Source: Octopus vulgaris (lineage: Eukaryota). Taken from it: DNA of 64,000 nucleotides. A program made the translations under genes and the position numbers. The stretch lies in NCBI GenBank assembly GCA_951406725.2, contig OX597831.1:72726001-72790000 (forward strand), given 5' to 3'. The notes below the pieces were generated by a model. The model was not told where the DNA came from and did no database searches. It saw only the letters and a program-made list of their open reading frames with translations. Shown one piece after another: positions 13,179 to 26,090 of the stretch; position 1 is the first letter of the stretch, and every line of letters starts with the position of its first letter.

Positions 13179-13734
13179 TATAGCATATATCTACATTAGA
13201 CACAACATGAATATTCCTTTCAATGGCATGTTCTCTTTACTTGTATGAAGTGGGAAGAGGATTAAAGTTGAGAAATAGAGAGGAGTGGAGGAAAGACAGA
13301 GAGAGATGGCTGACTGCACAAGCAGATACATACAAAAATATAAAGAAATATGAAATCCAGGCAAAATAGAGAAGAAAAGAATGATAAAAACAAGCTTGAA
13401 GAATTTTTTTAAAAGGAGGAAAGAAAAGACAAGTGAGAAACAAAGAAAACAAGAAAGTAGAGAAAAAGAGAATTTGGGAGAAGACTTCAGAAAGAGTGAA
13501 AGAGAATTGTGACACAAACTGAGAGATAGATAAAAGGAATGACCAGTGGCAAGGCGTTTAATTCTCTTTTGATGCAAAGATTATTAAAGATATAAATCCG
13601 TATCTGATTAAGACATCATTTAAATCTAATTACAGTTCAGAGTCAACGAATTACGTTTTCTGAATCAATGGTTCTCGTTATCTATCTATCTATCTGTGTA
13701 ACACGTATGTAATATATATAAACATACACACATA

Positions 13735-13908
13735 CATTATATATATATATATATACATATATATACATACATATATACATATATATACATACATATATAT
13801 ATACATATATATACATACATATATATATACATATATATACATACATATATACATACATATATATATATACATACATATATACATATATATACATACATAT
13901 ATATATAC

Positions 13909-13943
<35 letters not shown>

Positions 13944-14175
13944 CATATATATACATACATATATACATATATATACATATATACATATATATACATACAT
14001 ATATACATATATATACATATATACATACATATATACATACATATATACATATATATACATATATATACATACATATATACATATATATACATATATATAC
14101 ATACATATATTATACATATATATACATACATATATTATACATATATATATACATATATATACACATATATATACA

Positions 14176-14209
<34 letters not shown>

Positions 14210-14218
14210 CACATATAT

Positions 14219-14265
<47 letters not shown>
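13735..14265. repeat. Long compound (TA/CATA)n microsatellite
   Basis: Directly visible; a similar tract lies at 40265-40740. Confidence 0.95.
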
Positions 14266-14266
<1 letters not shown>

Positions 14267-14622
14267 TTACTTGCTCATATTCATATATAAATAATTAAAT
14301 CTTAAGAACGAGAAGAAAAGAAATAGCCATTAGAAAGTTGACTAAGGTTGGTTTAATAAATGGAGTGGGTGAGAAGAGAGGGGGCTCACGGCGGTGAGGG
14401 GTTGTAGTGACTTGTATACTGTGAATATAATAGAGAAAGTAGGATGGAAGGGGGAGAGAGGGGACAGGGAAAGAAAGTATGTTAAGAAGTGACAGGATGG
14501 CATCACATGTGTGTGGGAGGAAGGGGGGATCTCTCTCTCTCTCTCTCTCTCTCACTCACTCACACACACACTCACTCTTTCTCTCTCTCTCTCTCTCTCT
14601 CACTCACTCACACACACACTCA

Positions 14623-14663
<41 letters not shown>

Positions 14664-15107
14664 ACTCACACACTCTCACAAAGTCAAACATTATCTGAAA
14701 GTTCAATGTCTACAATTAACTGGACCATTGAATTTATTTTTTTCAAGAGAAACAGTTGACAGTAACTGCGAAGTATCCCTAATTTATTTGAGGGAATGTG
14801 TGCGCGTGAATGCATGTGAGTGTGTGTCTACGAGTAAGATGAAGCTGGTTCAACATCAAAACTTTGAAGTCACTGTCACCCCTCTTGCTGTAATAAGTTT
14901 CATGAATATGTGCTCTACGGAAAGAAATATTGAGTAATCCTTCAGTTCAATGTTAGATCGTTTCTTTATAAACTTGACAGGAAAACAACATTTATGTCTG
15001 TGTGTGTGTGTGTGTGTGCGTGTGTGCGCATGTACACAAACAGAAAAGGATTACTAATGGGAAAGCATAAACGTGTATAGGAAATGAATTCAGAAGTTTG
15101 ACATAAA

Positions 15108-16140
15108 CAGGGTGTCGTCTAAATTACGCAAAAATGAAAATAACACTCGCATCTCATTTTAACAGATATATTTACCAAAATTACATTAAAATATCTTGAA
15201 ATACTAAAGAGTAAATTTATTCAAAAAAATCGCCATTGGCTTCAACCACGGCCTTTAGATGACTTTGGAATCTCCTGCAACTCTTCTGGACGGTCTCCTT
15301 GTTTAAGTTGGTAAGTGCTGCCATAATCCTTGCCTTCAATTCATCTTTAGTGTTACAAGGAGTTCTGTATGCCACTCGCTCAACTGTGACCCACACATAA
15401 TAATCAAGGGGGTTGCAGTCTGGTGAGTTAGGTGGCCAGATGTTAGGAGTAGTGTGGTCGCAGAAATTGTCTAACAGCCATGACTAGGTTTTCCTGCTTG
15501 TGTGGCATGGTGCAGAGTCTTGTTGCCAGACACAGGGTCTTCCAGCAGCCACCCTCTTGACCCAGGGCAGCACTACCTCCTCCAGGCACTTGATGTAGGT
15601 CTCCGTGTTGAGTGTGAAGCCATGTGGGAAGATGAATGGAAGTATAATTCTTTCTATTATAGGCACAACGTCTGAAATTTTCAGGGAGGGGGCAAGACGA
15701 TCACATCAACCCCAGTGTTTAACTGGTACTTATTTAAAGGACCCTGAAAGGATGAAAGGCAAATCGACCTCGGCGGAGTTTGAACTCAGAACGAAGCAGC
15801 AGATGAAATACCTATTTCTTTACTACCCACAAGGAGCTAAACCCAGAGAGGACAAACAACGACAGACAAACGGATTAAGTCGATTATATCGACCCCAGTG
15901 TGTAACTGGCACTTATTTAATCGACCCCGAAAGGATGAAAGGCAAAGTCAACCTCAGCAAAATTTGAACTCAGAACATAACGGAAGACGAAATACCGCTA
16001 AGCATTTTGCCCGGCGTGCTAACGTTTCTGCCAGCTCGCCACCTTACAATGAATGGAAGAATAATGCTGCCATCATTAGTGATCACTCCAAACACCATGT
16101 TGATCGGATGTTTAATTTTTATCACTCTTGGTACATGTCC
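15108..16140 (-). mobile_element. Decayed Tc1/mariner transposon, DD37D (maT-type), interrupted by a SINE
   Basis: Reads WQQD-SAPCHTSRKT*SWLLDNFCDHTTPNIWPPNSPDCNPL-D, with 37 residues between the catalytic Asp residues and an in-frame stop. TIR remnant cagggtg at 15108. Confidence 0.88.
15649..16048 (-). mobile_element. Composite (dimeric) SINE family 2 with 17-bp TSD
   Basis: TSD atgaatggaag(t/a)ataat at 15632-15648 and 16049-16065. Structure is head + body + tail B + second body + tail A. Confidence 0.8.
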
Positions 16141-16463
16141 TCGGGTGTGTTTGTCCTCCACTAACACTTGAGAACCAGTGTTGGTTTGTTTACATCCCTG
16201 CGACTTAGCAGATTGGCAAAAAGAGAGCAACAGAATACCAGGTATTAAAAAAATAAATAGTGAAACTGGTTTGCCTTATTAAGCCCTTCAAGGCATTGCC
16301 CCAGCATGGCCACAGTCCAATGACTGAAATTAATAAGAGATAAATGGTAAGCGTTTGCACTGGCTGCTCTGTGTGTGTATCTGAGTATACTTTGATGTAT
16401 ATATGTGTATGCCCACATGTTTGTGTATGCATGGCTGTGTTGTGTATACAAACATACACATAT

Positions 16464-16498
<35 letters not shown>

Positions 16499-17067
16499 AT
16501 GTATGTATACACACACACACACATACATGTATGTGTATGCATACATATATATGAACACATGTGTGTATGTATTATATATATGTATGTATATATATATAGT
16601 CACATGTATGTGTATGTGTTTATACGTAAAAGACAGAAGTCTTGGGGTGGGGGTGGGCAGAAAACATTTCTAAGTATTTCTGCCTTAATTAAAAGCAAGA
16701 ATTACAAATTTGATGAAGCTTGAAGCAATCAAAGACTAAAAAAAATACAAATAAAACAAACACCACCACCGCATCACCACCACACCTCCTCCTCCTCCTC
16801 CTTCATATCTTTTTCTTTCTTTTCAATATTTTCAAATGAAATTCTCACCATATGCCATGTAATTAAACACCATTGAACCAGTATGGGAGGGTGGGGGTGT
16901 ATGCGTGTGTGTGTGTGTGTGTGTGTTTGTATGTATGTGTTTGTATTTGAGCATATATCTACGTGTGTGCATGAGTGTATATATACATATATGTATATAT
17001 CATCATCATCATCATCATATATCCGTTGTCCACGCTGGCATGGATCATATATATATATATATATATA

Positions 17068-17310
17068 TCATCATCATCATCATCATCGTTTAACGTCTGC
17101 TTTCCATGCTGGTATGGGTTGGACGGTTTGACTGAGGACTGGCAAACCAGGAGGCTGCACCAGGCGCCAATCAGATCTGGTAAGGTTTCTACAGCTGGAG
17201 TCCTTCCTAACGCCAACCACTTCGAGAGTGTTGTGGATGCACTTTACATGCCACTGGCATGGGGGCCAGTCAGGTGGCACTGGTGTCGACCACGCTTGAA
17301 TGGTGCTTTT
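17068..17310 (-). mobile_element. RTE 3'-UTR/tail fragment
   Basis: (cat)n cgtttaacgtctgctttccatgctgg...; same family as 49940-50650. Confidence 0.8.
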
Positions 17311-17330
17311 TATATATATATAACAATATA

Positions 17331-17419
<89 letters not shown>

Positions 17420-17520
17420 GTATGTGTACATATATATATATAAATATGTATGTATATATATTAGCAATGCCCCAGTATGGTCACAGCTTTGAGCTGAAAA
17501 GAATAAAAAAATATATATTC

Positions 17521-17570
<50 letters not shown>

Positions 17571-17858
17571 ACTGGCGTGTTGGTGTGTGTGCATGTGTGT
17601 ATGTATATATGTGCAAGTATATTCATATACATGTGTGTGTGTGTATTTCTCCAACAAATGGTTTAGTTTTCTTTCTTTTGTTCTTTTTGTTTTCTGTAGT
17701 CTGGTGCAGAGGGGGAGGGGTTCCTAAAAATCCCCCTGCAGTCCTTACAGTTTTCTGTTATTTCACAGGTCTTTCTAGACATTAAGGGTGAGAGGTTGAG
17801 GTTTGGGTAAACCATATGTCATACAATTAGCACTAAACTGATGAAAACTCCCTTGTTA

Positions 17859-18066
17859 TGGTGGTGGTGCTGGTGGTTGCGTTAGCGGTGGCGGTGATGA
17901 ATGATGATACTATGGTGATGGTGGTGGTGGTGGTGGTGCTGGTGGTTGCGTTAGCGGTGGCGGTGATGAATGATGATACTATGGTGATGGTGGTGGTGGT
18001 GGTGGTGCTGGTGGTTGCGTTAGCGGTGGCGGTGATGAATGATGATACTATGGTGATGGTGGTTGT
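17859..18066. repeat. 69-bp tandem repeat x3 (GGT-rich)
   Basis: gctggtggttgcgttagcgg recurs at 17869, 17938 and 18007. Confidence 0.9.
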
Positions 18067-18259
18067 GGTGGTGGCAGCAGTAGTAGTAGTTATAGTGATG
18101 GGGAAGTACTTCTTGGTAGTAATAATAAAAAGAAAAAAACTCAGGGATTCTTCTTAAGGGATTTTTTTTTATAAGAATTTGAGAAATGAATTCTGGTTAA
18201 TCTGGGAGGTGTCATTGGTGCCTGCCAGTCTTGTTTAAATTGTTTACTGGGTAAATTTA

Positions 18260-18600
18260 ATGTTGATTGGACAATGTCATATGACAATGAAGAAGCCGGA
18301 TCTGTATAGGAGAAATTATCAAGAAGTTTGCACCCATTTTAGTACTGAAAAGTATACCGAAGGTGGTGGGGAGGAGAATACACATAACAACAAGCCAGAC
18401 ATTGTGATCAGTGAGAAGTTGCTTATATTTGACATCTTATACTAAGATTGAAATATTCAAATGATGAAATTATAATGTCATGGTTACAGTCGTGCCAATT
18501 ATTATTAAGGATTTGGGCCCAGTGATGAAGAATTCAAGAAGAAATTTCAGCAAACCTGAATCTATGTGCTAGGCAGAGAACTTGTTAACTTAAATCATCA
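18260..18600 (+). mobile_element. Highly decayed R4/Dong-like LINE restriction-like endonuclease fragment
   Basis: HNNKPDIVISEKLLIFDI followed by VTVVPIIIKDLG, paralleling NRPDIVV..FLID and TIPIIADALG at 30235-30653. Confidence 0.55.
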
Positions 18601-18734
18601 AGAATCATCTATGAAGCCCTTGATACAAAGCAAGGGCATGCATGAACAGCATAGAGGGACCTTAACAGAAGGAGCAAGAAGGATTGTTACCCCTCAATCA
18701 TGGGCTGTGGTTCAACAGCAATATATAGCATAAT

Positions 18735-19180
18735 AATAATGGCTTTAAATTCTAGCACAAGGCCAGCAATTTTGGGGGAGAAAATAAATTGATTACATTG
18801 ACCCCAGTGCTCGGCTGGCACTTATTTTATCAACCCTGAAAGGGATGGAAGGCTAAGTCAACCACAACGGTATTTGAACTCAGAATGTGATAAAATGCCT
18901 CTAAGCATTTTGCACAGCATGCTAATGATTCTGTCAGCTCACCACCTTAATAATAATAATAATAATCCTTTCTACTGGAGACACAAGGCCTTAAATTTGT
19001 GGGGAGGGAACTAGTCGATTAGACCGACCCCAGTGTTTCACTGGTACTTAATTTGTCAACCCCAAAAGGATGAAAGGCAAAGTTGACCTCAGCAGAATTT
19101 GAACTCAGAACATAGTGGCAAGTGAAATACCACTAAGCATTTCGTCCGGCATGCTAACAATTCTGCCAGCTCGCCTCCTT
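18735..19180 (-). mobile_element. Two tandem SINE family 2 (tail A) copies separated by (AAT)n
   Basis: Each has aaaggatgaaaggcaaagttgacc..gaatttgaactcagaac. Confidence 0.85.
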
Positions 19181-19495
19181 AATAATAATAATAATTATTA
19201 TTATTATTATTTCTACCCTAGGCACAAGACCTTGAATAATAATAATAATAACGAGCACTCAGAGAGCGCAAATCTCTGCCAAGGCAAAACCAACATCCTC
19301 TCAATGATTAGCTGGAGATGATTTTTAAAATGAGAATACTAAAAATGTCCCCGACTGCTCTCAAAAATTTTGACTCGCGGGATGGACGCTTCAATTTCGT
19401 GTTGGTGCCCCACTCTGTCGTACGCGACTATGAGGATTTGCATCCCCAACGTAAAACTTATAATGTAATATATGTCCTTGAAGTAGTAATTGTAC

Positions 19496-19583
19496 GCGGC
19501 TGAAGAAGGCCATAGACACACATTTACATCAATTATGCATTGTTATAAAACCATCTAATAAAGGCCCGAAACATATGTACCGC
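19496..19583 (+). ncRNA. Type I hammerhead ribozyme motif (Penelope-like)
   Basis: gcgg-CTGAAGA-a-ggcc-[51 nt]-ggcc-c-GAAA-catatg-TA-ccgc. Stems I and II pair, helix III is palindromic, and the cleavage triplet is GUA. Confidence 0.75.
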
Positions 19584-20466
19584 TAAATCCTTTGAATCAT
19601 GTTTTTATTTTGATTAATAAAAACAATAAAATATATACAACTTACCTCACTGTTTGTATACGAATATGTTGAAATGTCACTTGAGTAAAACAATTATTTT
19701 GACATCTGAAATATAATAAAGAAATATTAGAATATTTTTTGAGTAATTTTTTTGAAGGAAAAACACTAAGAAAGAAAAAAATATTGGAGAGAAGTCAAAG
19801 AATCAAATAGCAGTAATATACACACTGTGGTCAAATAAAAACTGGGATGGTCATGGCCAGAATACCTTTGATCATAAGTTTGGATGAAGACTGACCTGGT
19901 TCTAAACAACAACAAAGACAGATACATTAGATAATGTAGTCCTAGACACACTATGGCTAAAAAAAAATGGGGTGCTCATTGCTGAAATACCTATCACCAT
20001 AGGTCTGTTACATCGATGGTACCTGGTTCAAATCATTCAAAATTTCTGTTTGAAAGTAATCTGAAATTTCGGTGGTCACCTTCCACCAAGGTTTATGTTC
20101 GAAACACTAGTCTTCAGGAGGCTGGATTTCCTCAATGTTTATTGGCTTCCATTACTGGTTGCATATGCTGGTGAAGTATGTACATCTACGAACATTATAA
20201 AGTAACTCTGAACCCCCAGAAACAGCTGTTGGATTTGTAACACGATATCTTCTTCCTTTACATTTTCTGTCTTTGTACTTTGTCTAAGTTTGCTCTGTTA
20301 ATATATAAATATTTATATTTTTATACTTGAATATTCTTCTGAAAATTTTCAGTCTTTGCCTTCTCTCCATTTACATGTATACATGTATGTATATATATAT
20401 ATAGTTAATCCAAACAAGAAAGCACAAAAAAAAAAAACACAACGCGAGGACATGGAACAAATATAG

Positions 20467-20504
<38 letters not shown>

Positions 20505-20565
20505 TTATATATATATATATTGTATATCTAACCCAAGAAATTTTATTTGTTCATTTGTACCACTA

Positions 20566-20619
<54 letters not shown>

Positions 20620-21934
20620 CATATAGGCTTCTTTCAGTTTCCATCTACCAAATCCACTAGCAAGACTTTGGTTGGCCTGAGGCTATAGTAGAAGACACTT
20701 GCCCAAGCTGTCATGCAGTGGGATTGAACTAGGAACCATGTAGTTAGGAAGCAAGCTTCTTACCACATACCATGTCTGCATCTATATGGTAACAAAAGGG
20801 TTAAAATGATTTAGATTCCATCAAAATTTCATCCAAAATTATGTTCCAAACACCAGATTAATAAATGACAAAGACATTCTAATAAATTCTTCACAATTTT
20901 CAAAATTTATTGAAGCAAACGCAGAATATATCTCAACAGAAATATTTTAACAAAAGAATTAATCACAACATTCTTTGTGAAGGCGTCTAAGTCCATGAAT
21001 TTTCCTTGACCTTTCTAATGTTCTGTCTTTAGTTTCATGTTAGTCCAATTCCTTGATCTCCTTAGAATTCCAAATACATTATTTACATTATTTAACATTT
21101 TTCTTTCCTTGTAATGACTAATTATAAAAATTAATTTCCCTTTCTGCAAAAAACAGAATTTGCTTCAAGAGCCAATTTTTAATAGAGAATATTTAATTAT
21201 TTTTCTTTTGTAAAAGACAAAATTTTCCAGCCATTTTTAATTTAATAATTAAAAAAAAAAAAGATGCCAAAATCCCAATAAAATTGAGAGACGCAGTGAA
21301 AGTGTCATAGCACCTCCTCCCCTCTGATGTGTCTGTCAACCTCTTATCATCAGCATCAATACAGCTATATTAATATAGCCATATATCTTAATCTCTCAAT
21401 CTATTCTCACCTCTTCCTTCTCCTCACACATTTCTCTGCTACTCTCACTACAATTTACCTCTCACTTCTCCTCTCCCACCTTAATGCTTCTCACCCCAAT
21501 CTTTCCCTGTCTTCCCAAACCCTGCCATTCCATTCATTGGCTCTACTCTTCCTGCCACTCTTCCTCTTTATTGTAATAAATACTTCATGTGTGTGTGTGT
21601 GTGTGTCCCCTACTCTTCTGTCCCCTTCGCCCAGCTGCCCTCATATTCCAAGAGCCTGACAAAAGACAGAGACCAAGTCATTTGGACTTTTCAATAAAAG
21701 ATTCTCTCATTCTTTGGTTTCAGCCATTGGACTGTGACCGTTTGCAGACACAAGACACACAGACAGAAAACTAGACGGGGACACAGCTAAGTAGCCTGGT
21801 ATGTCTGTATGTGTGTGTGTTTGTGTGTGTGAGAGTGTGTGAGAGTGTGTTTGTGTGTGTGAGTATGATGTTTCAGCTTGTTTGTGTGTGTATGATGCCT
21901 TGGCCTGTGTCTGTACGTGTGTGCATGTGTGTGT

Positions 21935-22072
21935 GTGTGTTTGGTATCTTAGCTTGAGTGTGTGTGTGTGTGTGTGTGTGTGTATGTTTGGTATCTTAGC
22001 TTGAGTGTGTGTGTGTGTGTATGTTTGGTATCTTAGCTTGTGTGTGTGTGTGTATGTTTGGTATCTTAGCTT

Positions 22073-22110
<38 letters not shown>

Positions 22111-22135
22111 TTGGTATCTTAGCTTGAGTGTGTGC
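21935..22135. repeat. Minisatellite (gtttggtatcttagcttg + (tg)n) x5
   Basis: Directly visible. Confidence 0.85.
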
Positions 22136-22302
22136 ATGTGTGTTTGTGTGTGTGAGTATGATGTTTCAGCGTGTTTGTGTGTGTATGATGCCTCGGCCTG
22201 TGTGTGTGTGTGTGTTTGTATATGTGTTTTTTTTTCCACACAGCTTGATATTGTTTTCAAGTCTTCATTTCTTGCAGCAGTGTCAGCTTAATTAAATGTA
22301 GG

Positions 22303-22392
22303 TCCTCGTTAGTGTATAATGTACAGCAGATACTAAATTAGATTAGATCCTCGTTAGCATATAATGTACAGCAGACACTAAATTAGATTAAG
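22303..22392. repeat. 45-bp tandem duplication
   Basis: tcctcgttag..taatgtacagcaga.actaaattagatta occurs twice. Confidence 0.8.
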
Positions 22393-22861
22393 AGGAGCAA
22401 TTTGGCTTGAACTTGATATTTTGTTAGATACAGTCTACGGAATGACACACAATGATGTTGATTCATGACAAACGAGAGAGAAATGTCAAACCACTGGTTA
22501 GGAAGCTAGTCTATTGAAAAAGGACTTTCCTCAGTTTAGTTCCAGTAACAACTTACTATCTTACTACTATCTGCAATGAAGTGAGGTGATATGAAGTAAG
22601 CAGTTGGGGAGGACCTTGGATGGGAGGGAATAACGGAGCAGAAAAAGGGAAGAGAAAATAAAGATGGGGAGAAAGAGAGAGCAAGAAAGGAAGAAAAGAG
22701 ATATGACAGTGAGGGAAGAGAGGGGGGAGAGAATGAAAGAAAAAAGGGAATAAAGAGAGCAGAGAATGAAAAAGGAGAGAAAGAAAAAGAAAACTGGGCT
22801 AAAGAGCAATGTTACCATAATTTTTTTAAATTTAAGATTTACACCAAAAGATTTGTGAAGT

Positions 22862-23287
22862 TTAACCTTTTTGGTGCCACCCAGCCTGAGACTGTCTCTG
22901 GTTCTAGGATAAAACCTTCTTGTTTTCAGCCTTCAGTATTTAGATTACTGTTAAATATAAAGCTTATTATTTCATTTTGTTTTAAATTAATCACGCATCA
23001 TCACATAACTTTGAGATTTTAAGAATGGCATTGCATGGTAAGTGTGAGAGGTTGGATCTGGTCATTTTGAGCATACAACTGGTGGAATATTTGGGCCAGA
23101 TATGGCTAGTTTAAATGCTGAAGTGTTAAAGTTATTCACAGTAAAACCGTCCATCAAAATTTTATGTCGATTTATGTTCCAAACACGAGGTTAATAAGGA
23201 GCAAGTTATTTAATTAAACTTTTCATTATTTTTAAAATTAATTGAAAGACAGTATGTTTCAACAAAAATAGAGTAACATAAGGGTCA
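22862..23287. mobile_element. piggyBac-like MITE with a second MITE nested inside (~22925-23128)
   Basis: Starts ttaacctttt. The outer parts are the reverse complement of 58184-58411, and the inner element ends atgctgaagtgttaa. Confidence 0.6.
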
Positions 23288-24094
23288 GGCATGTCTTTCT
23301 TCATATGGAATGGTAGATTTGTAAGGAAGACATGCAAGAATTTCAGTACACTATGTCAGTGAAAAGTGGGTACTGGATGTAGAATGCCTGTGGGGGATTG
23401 GAGAAAAGTGAGGTGGGCTTCAGGGTCTATATGGGATATATAATGTTAATCTTTATGTAAAGTGAGGAACATGTAAGCTGAAAGGTTAACTGGGTACTTA
23501 AGGGGTACCATAAGAGGTAGTAAGATATGGGGTTTATGGAAGATCAGTGAAGATCTCTGGAGAGGATTGAGTCAGATAGGATCAGTGAGATGTATAATGT
23601 GAGTTTCAAATTTTAGCACAAGGCCAGCAAGTGTGAGCGAGAGATTAAGTTGATTACATTGACCCCAGTGTTAAACTGGTACTTATTTTATTAACCCCGA
23701 AAGGATGAAAGGCAAAGTTGACCTCTGCAGCATTTGAACTGAGAACATAAAGACGAACCAAATGCCACTAAGTATTTTGCCCGGTGTGTTAATGATTCTG
23801 CCAGTTCGTCACCTTAATTAGTAAAGTGTATGATGTAAACCTCTGTGAAAAATGCGGTGCATATGAGCTGAGGGATCGGTTGGGTGTTTAAGGGTATTGC
23901 AATGAGTATTCAGCAACATGTAATGAGATCTGTTAGATGTATAACAACCCTAATCTGCATGAACGAGGGGTACATGTGGTGCAATATTAAAAGATATCAT
24001 TAAATGTTACATGATATTTTGCCAAGATGAAAGTCTGATGCAAAAGCAGCTCCATCATAAGTCTCTTTGAGAAGGTTTTCGGTCAAAGTCAAAA

Positions 24095-24750
24095 ACTGGC
24101 GCTCTGTCGGTTATGACAACAAGGGTTCCAGTTGGAAAATTACTATTTTTATATCTCACAATGAGAGATATTCAGCAACAGTACTTTGTAGTAAAGATTG
24201 TTTGCCAATGTAACATGGCAGTCCTGGTTTAGGACGAATGTTGCTGTAATTTAGCCCCAGGAGACATCATTTCCCGTTGTCTATATATGACACTATCTGT
24301 GTCCTTATATTTTCGAGTGGGGGTGCTACATTCCCTTGTTTGAAAATATAAGGACACAGATCGTGTCATATAGCCAGCTGGAGACGATGTCTCCTGGGGC
24401 TAAATTACAGCAACATTTGTCCTAAACCAGGACTGCTATGTTATGTTGGCAAACAATCTTTACTACAAGGGTTCCAGTTGTTCCAACCCGCTCGTTAAAT
24501 TAGCATGAAAGTGGCTGAGCGCTCCACAGACATGTGTACCCTTAATGTAGTTCTCAAGGGAAATTCAGTGTGGCACAAAATGTCACAAAGCTGGCCCTTT
24601 GAAACATAAGGTACAATGCATTTTTGCCAGTCGAGTGAATTGGAGCAATGTGAAATAAAGTGTCTTGCCAAGGACACATGTCACTAGGCAATGAACTCAC
24701 TATCTTAGGATTGTGATCCAAATCCCCTAACCACTGAGCCACACACCTTC
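24095..24750 (-). mobile_element. SINE family 3 copy interrupted by a foldback element
   Basis: Head near 24750; the tail resumes at 24095-24134. Confidence 0.75.
24135..24468. mobile_element. Foldback/hairpin element (~135-bp arms) with direct-repeat flanks
   Basis: 24186-~24320 is inverted against ~24333-24468. acaagggttccagttg occurs at 24119-24134 and 24465-24480. Confidence 0.8.
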
Positions 24751-24999
24751 ACCCTGTGACAATACATCACAGTTAGTACCATTATATGTTTGTGTATACA
24801 TTATAAAATAACGATCTGTTACATAGATTGTTATTTTAATATACTGTATATATTCACAGGTAGGTCGCACCAGCAGATAGGTTGCACCCCTTAGTTTGGG
24901 GTTGCCAAACCAGGTATTTACGGTTGACTTGCAGTTAGGTTGCTCTATAATCTGGGGAATTACAATGGCCCCTTTTTAATGTAACTATAACTAATATTT

Positions 25000-25389
25000 A
25001 CTCTTTTACTTGTTACTGCGGCCATGCTGGAGCACCGCCTTTAGTCGAGCAAATCGACCCCGGGACTTATTCTTTGTAAGCCCAGTACTTATTTTATTGG
25101 TCTCTTTTTGCCGAACTGCTAAGTGACGGGGACGTAAACACACCAGCATCAGTTGTCAAGCAATGCTAGGGGGACAAACACAGACACACAAACACACATA
25201 CATATACATATATATATACATATATACAACAGGCTTCTTTCAGTTTCCGTCTACCAAATCCACTCACAAGGTATTGGTAAGCCCGGGGCTATAGCAGAAG
25301 ACACTTGCCCAAGGTTCCACAGAGTGGGACTGAACCCGGAACCATGTGGTTGGTTAGCAAGCTACTTACCACACAGCCACTCCTGCGCC
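25000..25389 (-). mobile_element. SINE family 1 copy
   Basis: Full-length reverse complement. Confidence 0.9.
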
Positions 25390-25440
25390 TTTGTTAAATG
25401 TTATCAAAGAATCCAAGATTCTGAGTACAAGTTCTTCAAA

Positions 25441-25800
25441 AGGCACAGGCACTACTGTATGGGGCAGGAAGCTTGCTTCCTGACCATGTGGTCTTGGGTT
25501 TAGTCCCACTATGTGACACCTTGGGCAAGGTGTCTGCTATAGTCCCAGCACAACAAATACCTTATGAGTGGATTTCATAGATGGAAACTGAAAGAAGCCT
25601 ATCGTGTGTATATTTATGTGTGTGTGTGTGTCTTTGTATTTTTACCCCACCACTGCCTGTCGAGCAGTATTGGTTTTTTTACATCCCTGTAACTTAGCAG
25701 TTCAGCAAAAGAGACTAATAAGATAAGTACCGAACTTAAGAATCCTTCAAAGTGGTGCCCCAGCATGGCCACAGTCCAATGACAGAAACCAGTAAAAGGT
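25441..25800 (+). mobile_element. SINE family 1 copy (older), head-to-head with the previous copy
   Basis: Colinear with the family consensus. Confidence 0.85.
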
Positions 25801-25869
25801 ATATAAACAAAGCACAAGACAAAGAGCTTTGTTAGGTGGTAAGAGACCAGATATGAGTGTGAGCAAGAA

Positions 25870-26090
25870 CCAGCTGTTGCCAGAGTGAAATGCCAAAGGG
25901 TCACCAGGTACAGACCTGTATCCAGTTGCAAGTCCCTGTTCGAAGCCATTTCTCCAGGGCACAGTCAAAGAGTAGGAAGCAGAGGCAGACAAAACAGGTT
26001 CCTACTTAACAATATCAGGGACTGGGCAGGGCTTAATGCTGCAAGTTTTCTGGGTGAGACGGAGGACAACTATCAGGAGTAATCGTTGAC
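25870..26090 (+). mobile_element. Decayed RTE-like LINE C-terminal fragment
   Basis: SRGRQNRFLLNNIRDWAGL resembles the RTE motif RGR....W.DNI..WTGL. Confidence 0.45.

Noticed and set aside
13682-14228. Many Y/I/C/V/H/T-rich ORFs here and throughout the window
   Set aside because: Translations of (TA)n, (CA)n and (CATA)n microsatellites.
17858-18157. Val-rich repetitive ORF
   Set aside because: Product of a 69-bp GGT-rich tandem repeat; the alternative Gly-rich frame has stops.
20165-20232. ctggtga...gaaacagctgt hammerhead-like remnant (similar ones at 12068-12105 minus and 31812-31850)
   Set aside because: Core mutated or stems not pairing; too degenerate to call.
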